IMG/VR virus record: IMGVR_UViG_3300020418_000005
Span: 10,826 to 74,825 of that record
Reading direction: 5' to 3' (one strand)
Length of the DNA stretch: 64,000 nt
Source of the DNA: a virus
Position numbers and translations under genes: made by a program. Within the stretch, counting starts at the first letter, position 1. Each line of letters begins with the position of its first letter. A model generated the notes under the pieces. That model did not search any database. It had not been told where the DNA came from and worked only from the letters and a program-made list of their open reading frames with translations. Below are positions 1 to 8,490 of this stretch, piece by piece.

Positions 1-52
1 ATTAGACCAAACACTACACAGGTAGATTTAATTGGTAAGTTTTTCATTTTTG

Positions 53-745
53 TTAATTGGTAATGGAACCAGTAATTACTTTCCAGAAACCTTTAAGTGC
101 TGTCAATGCAGGGTATGGATCTTCAGATTTGATCTCATCAAACATGTACATATTCAATCTAAATGCATAGTTTGCCTCAGCAAATATAGCATTCTTCTGT
201 GATTGATTTAGATTTAACACATCAAGTATTGCCCTGTAATTTGTTTTCCATTCTTTTGCATCATGAATCTCAGGAAACTCATAGAAATTTAGACCTTCTC
301 CCGCAGGAGGATTAAGTGCACTCTTTGCTATTTTACATAGAATTTGTCCACCTGATAGATCACCTATGTACCTAGTATAATGATGAGCAAGCAGAAGATA
401 TGGATCTTGCTGTGCTAATTCACTAAGTCTAAAACAATAAGTATCACACGCTGGTGAAGGACCTATCTGTTCTTTCCAATAAGGACCGTAATAATATACT
501 AGATCTTTTTCTAATGCCTGACTACGATCAAGTTGTGATTGCCATCCCTGTAATACTCTTACAGTTGGGTCATCAGCATCATGAATTAGTCTTTCCATGG
601 TACTGTAAACATACCAGAAATTGGCAATGAGTTTACGATACTCCTCAGGGTCAACAACACCTCTAAGAAATCCTGCAACAAATTTTGTATTTTCTGCTGC
701 TGAATGAGACTCCTTAGTTGCCTCTTTTAATTCTTTACTGAACAT
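53..745 (-). CDS. ho1: Heme oxygenase (biliverdin-producing), phage auxiliary gene
   Basis: LKEATKESHSAAEN N-terminus with proximal His; LLAHHYTRYIGDLSGGQIL heme oxygenase signature; EANYAFRLN. Confidence 0.95.
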   Translation of the reverse strand: MFSKELKEATKESHSAAENTKFVAGFLRGVVDPEEYRKLIANFWYVYSTMERLIHDADDPTVRVLQGWQSQLDRSQALEKDLVYYYGPYWKEQIGPSPACDTYCFRLSELAQQDPYLLLAHHYTRYIGDLSGGQILCKIAKSALNPPAGEGLNFYEFPEIHDAKEWKTNYRAILDVLNLNQSQKNAIFAEANYAFRLNMYMFDEIKSEDPYPALTALKGFWKVITGSITN

Positions 746-757
746 AATATTAATAGG

Positions 758-765
758 TATTTATA
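758..765 (-). promoter_or_regulatory. T4-type late promoter TATAAATA immediately upstream of ho1
   Basis: Plus strand tatttata at 758-765 = TATAAATA on minus strand, 12 nt before the ho1 ATG; overlaps the stop codon of the upstream small ORF. Confidence 0.7.
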
Positions 766-937
766 CTACTTTGCCTGGCATATAGTCCATTTTATCTAAA
801 CATTCTGACAACATCTTCCCATACTCGTTGAACAGTTTATCGCCAGCAATATAACTTCTTTGTCTTCTCCAGATTGCTTCTGAAAGCATCTGTCTTTCTC
901 TTTCAGAGAAAGTTTCAAATCTTGTTTTTATTTTCAT
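761..937 (-). CDS. Hypothetical protein, 58 aa (MKIKTRFETFSERERQMLSEAIWRRQR...), below ORF-track cutoff
   Basis: Read manually; ATGA overlap with the upstream ORF; fills the gap before ho1. Confidence 0.65.
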   Translation of the reverse strand: MKIKTRFETFSERERQMLSEAIWRRQRSYIAGDKLFNEYGKMLSECLDKMDYMPGKVV

Positions 938-1089
938 GATTCAGATGGGGATAAAACTTGATCAGAATAAACTCTAAGTTTTTCTATCAAGTCGGCATAT
1001 CTATCCCATATGTCCTCAGATCCTGTCTGTTCTTGAGCGATTAGACAAGCTCGTATTAGACAATGGATATCGCCATTATTAAAACGCAT
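934..1089 (-). CDS. Hypothetical protein, 51 aa (MRFNNGDIHCLIRACLIAQEQTGSEDIWDRY...), below ORF-track cutoff
   Basis: Read manually; translationally coupled to the next ORF. Confidence 0.65.
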   Translation of the reverse strand: MRFNNGDIHCLIRACLIAQEQTGSEDIWDRYADLIEKLRVYSDQVLSPSES

Positions 1090-1147
1090 AGTTCTACAGT
1101 TATTATACTATAATTATAGTCAAAAAGATAGTGTAGTTTACGCTTTG

Positions 1148-1459
1148 TTAGCAATTCCAAGCTCTTAGTGATTTGTTGATCCTACTATCAGGATCACTGG
1201 CAGTTTTCTTTGAAGTTAATTTCTTTTTCATTCCTTTCATTCTAGCACAAAAGGATGTCCGACGGGGATTTCCAACCTTCTTGCTTGGTGCTTTAAGGTC
1301 AGATCCAGGATTTGCTCTTTCGTAAGACTTCCTTCCTTTCTCATTAAGTCCACCTTCTTTGTTCTTGCCAGCCTTCTTTGTCCAGGCTGCACCTTCTAAA
1401 ATTCCGTTATCCTGCACATTGGCAGACTCAGCGAGTCTTTTAAATTCTTTGTATCTCAT
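1148..1459 (-). CDS. Basic conserved phage protein (DUF6321-like), candidate internal head protein
   Basis: AWTKKAGKNKEGGLNEKGRKSY...RRTSFCARMKG...SLRAWNC motif; ATAAATA late-promoter-like site at 1484-1490. Confidence 0.7.
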   Translation of the reverse strand: MRYKEFKRLAESANVQDNGILEGAAWTKKAGKNKEGGLNEKGRKSYERANPGSDLKAPSKKVGNPRRTSFCARMKGMKKKLTSKKTASDPDSRINKSLRAWNC

Positions 1460-1494
1460 ATACCATGTCAGGGTCTATGCATTTATTTATGCAA

Positions 1495-1896
1495 CTATCT
1501 CTTGCCACCACCCATTTGTTTAAGCATTTTTTGTAATTCAGCAGTGCTACCAACGAACATAGCATTGTTAGTAACATTCTTAGGACCTTTTATTTCTTCA
1601 TCAAGATCTTTCATTTTCTTATGTAAGTCTTGTAATTTCTCTGTCATGTCTGCAACATGTTTCATCGCCGCTACAGCAACTTCATATGCTCTAGGGTGAC
1701 CACTTTCTTGTGCTACTTCCAATGCACCCTTCACCGCTTCTTGACCTTGGTCTATCAAAGAATATAATTCACCACGAGTATATTCATAATCTTTTTGTTG
1801 ATCATCTTCTTTTGATTTTACCTTTGGCAAGTTAGGTTTCTCAACATGTTCTACGTCCATGTTAAGAAGTTCCTCCATATTATCTTCTAGGTTCAT
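1495..1896 (-). CDS. g16: Terminase small subunit gp16
   Basis: KDYEYTRGELYSLI...ALEVAQESGHPRAYEVA...NNAMFVGSTAELQKML; follows g15. Confidence 0.92.
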   Translation of the reverse strand: MNLEDNMEELLNMDVEHVEKPNLPKVKSKEDDQQKDYEYTRGELYSLIDQGQEAVKGALEVAQESGHPRAYEVAVAAMKHVADMTEKLQDLHKKMKDLDEEIKGPKNVTNNAMFVGSTAELQKMLKQMGGGKR

Positions 1897-2693
1897 AAGA
1901 ATTCAATCCCTTCATTAAATCCAAAGTCGTCACCAGCATCGACCAATGCATCATCTGCTGCATCAATGACACCATCAGTATTGATATCAGTTTTTGCTTT
2001 GGGTGTATATGTTCTAGTGATAGCTCTACGACTAACTGCTGTATCACCAAGTGTTTCGTGTATGATTGCTTTCTTGATAACATCTGATGTGTTGTAAGGA
2101 CCGTATAGATATGTCTTCATCTGGAAGTTAAGAGTGTAAACAATATATCTACGCTCGTAGAAACTATCATCCCATGTATCCTCATATGATACATTGTTTA
2201 GAACAACAGCAATATCTTTCTTCTCATTCATATCAGGTATCATGTTGAGAGTAACACTGAATGATGGTTGGAAGTATGGTAATATTTGCTCGGTGATTTG
2301 TAGGGCGTCGTCTTGTGACTTAGCAATTACGCCAAGTTCAAATGATAGGTTGTATGGTACAGGAACATACTGCACTCTTACTTCACCACCATTGTTATTA
2401 ATTATTGTTTTATACTTCTGAATAGGAGAAGTTTTACGGGTAGGATCGTAGTCAATGCTAGTCATTTCAAAGTACAATCTTGGTAGAGTGATTGCTACTT
2501 TTCTATTGCTAGTATTTTCTTCTAGTCTTACAATAAATTTTTGTTTAGGACCGTATGCTAACGGTACTTTCATTTCTTCCAATACAGCACCAGTGCTTGG
2601 ATCTGTACTCTTCATCGTAATATTATTGAAGAGTGTACCAAATGCTATTATGTTCTTACGAACTATCTGGTTGTAAAAGTGATTACCTAACAT
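1893..2693 (-). CDS. g15: Tail sheath stabilizer / tail terminator gp15
   Basis: FYNQIVRKNIIAFGTLFNNI, VPLAYGPKQKF, QITEQILPYFQPSF; T4 synteny 13-14-15-16. Confidence 0.93.
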   Translation of the reverse strand: MLGNHFYNQIVRKNIIAFGTLFNNITMKSTDPSTGAVLEEMKVPLAYGPKQKFIVRLEENTSNRKVAITLPRLYFEMTSIDYDPTRKTSPIQKYKTIINNNGGEVRVQYVPVPYNLSFELGVIAKSQDDALQITEQILPYFQPSFSVTLNMIPDMNEKKDIAVVLNNVSYEDTWDDSFYERRYIVYTLNFQMKTYLYGPYNTSDVIKKAIIHETLGDTAVSRRAITRTYTPKAKTDINTDGVIDAADDALVDAGDDFGFNEGIEFL

Positions 2694-3583
2694 TATATGC
2701 TACCTGTAAAATTACCAAACTCACCGAATGGATTACGCTCTGACCAATCAACTATATTGTCAGCAGCATCTTCGATTTGTCTATTTGCATCATACTCACT
2801 ATTTGTATCCTGTAGTGTATCGAAGGTTGATACAACCCATACAGCACTACTGGTATTACCAGTAAGTGATTCGTTTGCTGCAAATGTTCCAGTTCTATTG
2901 ATTACCTGTAGTATTCTTGTAGAACTATCCCATGACTTGACTTCTGCTGTTGTAGAAGTAGTACCACCAGTAACAGTCTCACCAGTAGTAAAGTCTCCTG
3001 TACCACCAACTCCCATTGTAAGAGCAATAGCAGTATCGAACAACTCTTCTATAGCATCTATCTCTGCAACACCAGTAGCAAGATCGTCTGAACCAACCTC
3101 GTATAGTTCTGCAGTAATTGCATAAAATTGAATCTTACCAAACTGGAAGAATGGTTCTTCCTTTCCGACATACTTAATTTCATACAAATCTTCTGTGAGA
3201 GGATAGTATAATAAATCCCCTTCATTAGGTCTACTAGGAACTGTGAGTTTTGCAGCCATACTATGTTCCGCTACTTCTTCATCCCATCTATTTGTAGACA
3301 CACGAAAAATTATTTCGTCTGTAATACGTAAACCAAACTTACTTATAAATTCTGCATTGTCTCCAAAACCCATTACATTTACAAGTAACATTTCAATTTG
3401 AAATTGATCTTGGAATTTAGTATATCTAACCTCGTCTAACGTGCCATCTGTTATAGCTGTTTTGGGTAGATAGTATATGTCAGAACCAAAGAGTTTGATT
3501 TGCTCATCCACAAGATTCTGAACCAAAGTTTGTTCGCCACTGTGACCTTGGTGATAAGTTGGGAAGTAGGGACTTGTAGGCAT
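2693..3583 (-). CDS. g14: Neck protein gp14
   Basis: EQTLVQNLVDEQIKLFGSDIYYLP, SKFGL, RPNEGDLLYYP, NPFGEF. Confidence 0.92.
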   Translation of the reverse strand: MPTSPYFPTYHQGHSGEQTLVQNLVDEQIKLFGSDIYYLPKTAITDGTLDEVRYTKFQDQFQIEMLLVNVMGFGDNAEFISKFGLRITDEIIFRVSTNRWDEEVAEHSMAAKLTVPSRPNEGDLLYYPLTEDLYEIKYVGKEEPFFQFGKIQFYAITAELYEVGSDDLATGVAEIDAIEELFDTAIALTMGVGGTGDFTTGETVTGGTTSTTAEVKSWDSSTRILQVINRTGTFAANESLTGNTSSAVWVVSTFDTLQDTNSEYDANRQIEDAADNIVDWSERNPFGEFGNFTGSI

Positions 3584-3584
3584 T

Positions 3585-4397
3585 TTATCCGATCATATCC
3601 ATTGGTGGTATAGCGTACTTACTGAGAACCTCACCTTCGATTTTCTCAATTTCTGCTAATGCGTCCATATAAAGTTCTCTACCATTAAGTGTTACACCGC
3701 CAGGTAATTGAACATTGTTATACTTGATCAAGTTCTGACCCCACTGTTTCTTCAACAATGAAGTAGCATATCTCTTTACAAATATATCATTATACATTTC
3801 GGTTGCATCATCTGGGTCTATCATACGATGAGCCTCTATCAACAGATTCTGTCCTTCTTGTAAGAAGTCCTTATCTATATCTAGATACAAACGATCACGA
3901 CGCTGAGTATATCTAAACTGCTGGAATGAACCATTGTTTAAAACCATATCTAGAGTCTCTAGATATTGCTTGGTCATATAGTAGTTTAAGATATCAAGAG
4001 ATCCAAAGGCATACAAATCATTTAAGAATATTCTATATTCAATACCAAATAAGTTAGAACGAATAGAGTTACCTACCATTCCAAATACCTTACTAATACC
4101 AGATACATGTGCTGGTATAGGTATAAAGTTTGTTGCTTCTTTCCAAGTGGTAGTTACACCAGCATCTACTTTAGTTGTATCAGTAGTTGCTGCAAGACGA
4201 GTTTTATCATCTGCAGTTATCTCGTGTACTAGATAACACCTCTCCATACCATTGTAACAATTCTCTTGAAAGAACTGAAATGTGTCGTCAATTACATTGT
4301 TTACTTGCTCATCATCTACGTTAACTTGCAAGACAGGTTCACCTAATTGCCTCTTAGCATATGTAATCAATTCTGCTTTTGTACTTGGAGATGCCAT
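3585..4397 (-). CDS. g13: Neck / head-tail adaptor protein gp13
   Basis: ELITYAKRQLGEPVLQVNV, KKQWGQNLIKY..QLPGGVTLNG; CTAAATA late-promoter-like site at 4422-4428. Confidence 0.93.
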   Translation of the reverse strand: MASPSTKAELITYAKRQLGEPVLQVNVDDEQVNNVIDDTFQFFQENCYNGMERCYLVHEITADDKTRLAATTDTTKVDAGVTTTWKEATNFIPIPAHVSGISKVFGMVGNSIRSNLFGIEYRIFLNDLYAFGSLDILNYYMTKQYLETLDMVLNNGSFQQFRYTQRRDRLYLDIDKDFLQEGQNLLIEAHRMIDPDDATEMYNDIFVKRYATSLLKKQWGQNLIKYNNVQLPGGVTLNGRELYMDALAEIEKIEGEVLSKYAIPPMDMIG

Positions 4398-4424
4398 TAC
4401 CCACTATAATCCCTTCATAGTTAT

Positions 4425-4634
4425 TTAGGAAGGATCAACGTTTGCGGGTGCTGCGTCAGGTGCTGGTGGTGTTTCTTGCTCTAAAAGACCTAGTGTTTCT
4501 AGTCCTCCTACAAGTTTTAATTTATATTCTTTTGCTTTTGCTAAATTCGTTTCTAACTCTGTTATCTGACTATCAGTCTTAGCAATTTGTTCTTCAAAGT
4601 TAGTTTTTAGTTGTGCTGGATCCATGGTTATCAA
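4425..4634 (-). CDS. Small coiled-coil hypothetical protein
   Basis: ORF track; coupled to neighbours. Confidence 0.7.
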   Translation of the reverse strand: MITMDPAQLKTNFEEQIAKTDSQITELETNLAKAKEYKLKLVGGLETLGLLEQETPPAPDAAPANVDPS

Positions 4635-5173
4635 GGTAAGAAATTAAAGTTTATTACGAATCGAGGTTTCTTTGTGGGTACGCTACTTGAATGATATCGT
4701 AGACCATCAAAGAAAACGCATCTACCTTTTACAGGAGATACTGTACTATTTATAGGGTATTCAGCAAGCGGTTCTCCGTACATTCTTTCGCTGAAATACG
4801 TGTCACCATCACTGTCTGATGCATAGTATAGACATACCAAATGTGGATCTGGTAAGTCAACATGCATAGAATCATACTCTTTTGTTCTCACACCTGGCGT
4901 CTGTAAAAAACATCTGCCACGTATGACTTTAGATATTGATATGCCTGTATTATAACATGCTTCAAATACTAATGGAAGAAACATTCCAGAGTATTTACTT
5001 GTAGAATTACCATTCAATATAAACATATGAGAGAAACCTACCAACTGACTCTCACCATCTTCACTAAGATTATCATGATACACCCATCTAAAATCTGTAT
5101 CATATCTCATAGTGCTTTCTAAAAGATTCTGATAGTTAGGATTGATGCAGTTGTCCTTAATAATGTTCTTCAT
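4631..5173 (-). CDS. 2OG-Fe(II) oxygenase-family protein
   Basis: HVD...LYYASDSDGDT...FDGLRYHSS...RFVINFN (HxD...H...R). Confidence 0.8.
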   Translation of the reverse strand: MKNIIKDNCINPNYQNLLESTMRYDTDFRWVYHDNLSEDGESQLVGFSHMFILNGNSTSKYSGMFLPLVFEACYNTGISISKVIRGRCFLQTPGVRTKEYDSMHVDLPDPHLVCLYYASDSDGDTYFSERMYGEPLAEYPINSTVSPVKGRCVFFDGLRYHSSSVPTKKPRFVINFNFLP

Positions 5174-5753
5174 CTACACCCTCCACATTCCATATCAAGT
5201 TACCAGATACTGTTACCCTTTCTTTTTGTGTAGACTTAAAAGGATATACAGCATGTTTGGTTGTAGATGGAAACATAAGTATTACACCGTTCCAAGTTTT
5301 ATCTACTGGCAATACATCTGCTTCTAATTGAAACGCACCATTACTATTATGTGACTCTCTTTCTTCAGAACCATATGGTATGTCTGTAAAAATTACAAAA
5401 CTTACTATACCAGTGTGTGTATGTATAGGATTGTATTCATACTGTTGCTGGTAATTTACCCACAGGTTTCTCAGTCTTATAAAAGGAGTTACGTTTTTTG
5501 CTTCTTGAAAATCCCACGGGCATGTTTGATATACCTGTGACCACAACTGTGTAGATAGTCCAACAACATATTCTTCAAACTGTGGACTCCAATCAGATAG
5601 ACTTGACTGTTGTTCTAATGCACCAGCAAGTTTATCATTGTAATTCCAAGTCTCTTCCTCCCTTCTTCTCTGTGTGTAAGAAAGTAATTCTTGATATAAA
5701 TTTTGTGGCATTTTCTCTGATAGAAAAGAGAAACTATCTTGACTGTATATCAT
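5157..5753 (-). CDS. Putative 2OG-Fe(II) oxygenase (HxH type)
   Basis: WVNYQ..YEYNPIHTH, MFPS..KHAVYPF, RVTVSGN. Confidence 0.8.
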   Translation of the reverse strand: MIYSQDSFSFLSEKMPQNLYQELLSYTQRRREEETWNYNDKLAGALEQQSSLSDWSPQFEEYVVGLSTQLWSQVYQTCPWDFQEAKNVTPFIRLRNLWVNYQQQYEYNPIHTHTGIVSFVIFTDIPYGSEERESHNSNGAFQLEADVLPVDKTWNGVILMFPSTTKHAVYPFKSTQKERVTVSGNLIWNVEGVDEEHY

Positions 5754-6265
5754 GCGTATAAATCTGCACTTAAACTATATCGTTTTTGATTTTGAATACC
5801 TTTGCCAGGTAAGTGTGGTAAGTTAGATGGAAAGATAAACCAAGTCAATTCTTTTTTAGGTAAAAAATATGGATCTCTTTTTGGCATAGGAAACATAGTA
5901 GTTCCAGACTCACCTAGTTTTATATACATTATACCAGATAATGTGAAAGGATTGTCTGGATTGTGTGAATGCATATATGGTTCTATTGGATTATTATTCC
6001 AATCCACATACACCCATGAATTTATTTGGAAATCAAATATATCCATACCCCAATACCTAGAACAAGCATCATGAAATGTCCATTTTAATTTTTTGATAAT
6101 AGGTTCATCATACTCTAAGAAATCATCTTTACCATCAGTAAAGGTAAGTTTAGATACATGAGCCATGTTTTGAGTAAGAGAATCGTTTTCAATATTAGTA
6201 TCAATAAACTCTATAAGTTTATCTGCGTCAATATCTACTGGATACTCTCTAATTCCTAATACCAT
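5750..6265 (-). CDS. Putative 2OG-Fe(II) oxygenase (HxH type)
   Basis: MHSH..LSGIMY..GTTMF..IFPSNLPH..RYSLSAD. Confidence 0.7.
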   Translation of the reverse strand: MVLGIREYPVDIDADKLIEFIDTNIENDSLTQNMAHVSKLTFTDGKDDFLEYDEPIIKKLKWTFHDACSRYWGMDIFDFQINSWVYVDWNNNPIEPYMHSHNPDNPFTLSGIMYIKLGESGTTMFPMPKRDPYFLPKKELTWFIFPSNLPHLPGKGIQNQKRYSLSADLYA

Positions 6266-6837
6266 TTTCTTGTATTCTGTGCAATTATCTTATCGTGAAT
6301 CTCAGGATCACAAAATGAGAAAGCAATAGTAGTTCTAATCTCATTACCTATTAGTGTGTTTGGTGGTTGTCCTTTATGTAACCAGTTAGAAGGAATCAAT
6401 GCACCTGTATTAGGTACGTATGGTGTGTGATGATATTCATCATCTGGTGTTTGACATACAAACTCACCACCCCATTCTTGATCCCAATGTGGTTGATTAA
6501 AGTATATAAATGTCCAGACATTATGTTCTTCCCAGTCCTTATGAAACATTGTATTCTGTCCTGCTGTCTGTCCATTAGCATGTATCTTACAGAGTTTGAT
6601 ATCTCTCCTAAGAAATTTCATTATCTTTAATCTAACTGTAGTAGCACACTTAGTAAATATCAAATCAGTTCTTAGTGGATGTTGCCATGATACTGGATCA
6701 CCCTGTCCATAAGATGCATTATTAAATGTCCATGTAGCAAGTGAGTTCATAGATGGTGATCTACGATCAAAGTAATCCCATAATGATATTCTCTCTTCTT
6801 GAGATAATACATTACGAATAACGTGAGGTTTATTCAT
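6256..6837 (-). CDS. 2OG-Fe(II) oxygenase
   Basis: NGQTAGQ..FHKD, WDQEWGGEF, IPSNWLHKG, RTTIAF. Confidence 0.85.
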   Translation of the reverse strand: MNKPHVIRNVLSQEERISLWDYFDRRSPSMNSLATWTFNNASYGQGDPVSWQHPLRTDLIFTKCATTVRLKIMKFLRRDIKLCKIHANGQTAGQNTMFHKDWEEHNVWTFIYFNQPHWDQEWGGEFVCQTPDDEYHHTPYVPNTGALIPSNWLHKGQPPNTLIGNEIRTTIAFSFCDPEIHDKIIAQNTRKWY

Positions 6838-7367
6838 GCATCACCCCATATCTGAATTGTATATCTAAACTCAGGTGTATCATGTGCAACAGTAGTTACT
6901 AAGTGACTCTCACTACAGTCATTTAATACTAGCATATTTTGTTCTGGTAGAACTGCTCTGTAAACATCAGTTTTGTTTGGATCTTCATCTAAATTAAGAT
7001 CAGCATGATCCATCCATACAAACCAACCACCAGCATTTGGATGCCAATGTTCATTTAGATATAGTGTTGCACCAAACAAATGATGAGTGTCAGAGTGTAC
7101 TCCAATACCAGCACCTGGTTGCCATACATTATATCTACATGTCAACTTTTTAAACTCTGGTGCGTGTGGTTTTAAATGTCTTGATATTTCATCACTGAAT
7201 ACTTTAGGAATAGCAGTAGCAATAGTTGATCCATGAACACCTTGTCTTAAAAATGGTTTCCATGCAAAGTTACTAGAAGACCAGCAGTCAGTATTCAACT
7301 TAGATCTAAAGTCGTCTACACATGCGTCAAGTAATGATTTAGGTAAAAAGTTCTTTATAATTTTCAT
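6834..7367 (-). CDS. 2OG-Fe(II) oxygenase (prolyl-hydroxylase-like); start moved to ATG 7367
   Basis: IGVHSD, ATLYLNEHWHPNAGG, HLVT, RYTIQIW; ATGA overlap with the upstream stop. Confidence 0.85.
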   Translation of the reverse strand: MKIIKNFLPKSLLDACVDDFRSKLNTDCWSSSNFAWKPFLRQGVHGSTIATAIPKVFSDEISRHLKPHAPEFKKLTCRYNVWQPGAGIGVHSDTHHLFGATLYLNEHWHPNAGGWFVWMDHADLNLDEDPNKTDVYRAVLPEQNMLVLNDCSESHLVTTVAHDTPEFRYTIQIWGDA

Positions 7368-7927
7368 ACCCACCAAAGCCATCCAGTTATAATATATTTT
7401 TCATGCTCCTCTGATATCACACCTCTATGTTTATGTGTTAATCCAGCAGGAAAAATTAATGTTTTTCCTTTCTTTGCCTCTACAGTATATTCCTGATAAA
7501 AGAATTCAGTTCCTCCATTAGGAACATCATTTAGATATGTGATGTATACAAATGCTCTATCACACCCATCAGATCCTGATGCATCCACATGCCAAGTATA
7601 AAAACCATCACCTGGTTTATAGTATTGAATCTGTGGTAGTCTTTGCATTACAAATTCTTGATTGTGAATAGTCAAAGAGTTCAAGTAATTATCAATAAAT
7701 CCATTTAACTCTTCTTGGTATAAATCAAATTTATAATCACTAGGTTCTCCTAGAGGACCTGCATCTTCAATAAAAAAATCTCTACTCTTTTTTACCTCAG
7801 GCATGACACTCCCACCACCTACACGACCAGCATAAGTCAAATCTATTTTATCGGCGTCTTTGTATAGATCTATAAGACGATCACATATACTAAGATCACT
7901 CAATGTATATTCTTTTATAAATCTCAT
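7364..7927 (-). CDS. Prolyl 4-hydroxylase-like 2OG-Fe(II) oxygenase
   Basis: IQYYKPGDGFYTWHVD, YLNDVPNGGTEF, IFPA..THKHRG, KYIITGW. Confidence 0.9.
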   Translation of the reverse strand: MRFIKEYTLSDLSICDRLIDLYKDADKIDLTYAGRVGGGSVMPEVKKSRDFFIEDAGPLGEPSDYKFDLYQEELNGFIDNYLNSLTIHNQEFVMQRLPQIQYYKPGDGFYTWHVDASGSDGCDRAFVYITYLNDVPNGGTEFFYQEYTVEAKKGKTLIFPAGLTHKHRGVISEEHEKYIITGWLWWV

Positions 7928-8490
7928 TTATATGCAGGTCCTTGTGTCCACCCAACAAGAGAATGTCTAACACCTTTAGTCACTGGTTTAACTCTGTGTG
8001 GAGTATCAGCATGAAATATTATAACATCTTTCTTCTTTAATTGTACCACATTTTTTTCAGTTGTCTGTATCTCAAATTCACCACCTTCAAAATCATCATT
8101 TAACATAACTGTAAAACTTATTTTACGTATCCTATTGTTAGGTCTTTTACCTTTTGTCCAACCCATCTCATCACAATGCCAATCATAGAAATCACCTACA
8201 TCATATTTTGTACGTTGTAGAGGTTCCATAAAATTTACATCTAAATTCCAATCACATTTGGTATTAGCAAAATGCACAAGACCATCCATCATTGCATAGA
8301 CTTCATCATTGTCTATCCAGCATAACTTTGAACTTCTATCTTTATTATGTTGTGCTTGATATTTGTTACCATCCCATTGATCTGTCTTACCTGATTCATA
8401 ATCTTGATATGGTTTTATTGCTTTTTCTAATTGTGGAAAGAAATCATCATCAAGATGGACTACCATGTATTGATGTTTAAATGAATTCAT
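7924..8490 (-). CDS. PKHD-type / prolyl-hydroxylase-like 2OG-Fe(II) oxygenase; start moved to ATG 8490
   Basis: YDWHCD, RKISFTVML..DFEGGEF, HRVKPVTKGVRHSLVGW; ATGA overlap. Confidence 0.9.
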   Translation of the reverse strand: MNSFKHQYMVVHLDDDFFPQLEKAIKPYQDYESGKTDQWDGNKYQAQHNKDRSSKLCWIDNDEVYAMMDGLVHFANTKCDWNLDVNFMEPLQRTKYDVGDFYDWHCDEMGWTKGKRPNNRIRKISFTVMLNDDFEGGEFEIQTTEKNVVQLKKKDVIIFHADTPHRVKPVTKGVRHSLVGWTQGPAYK

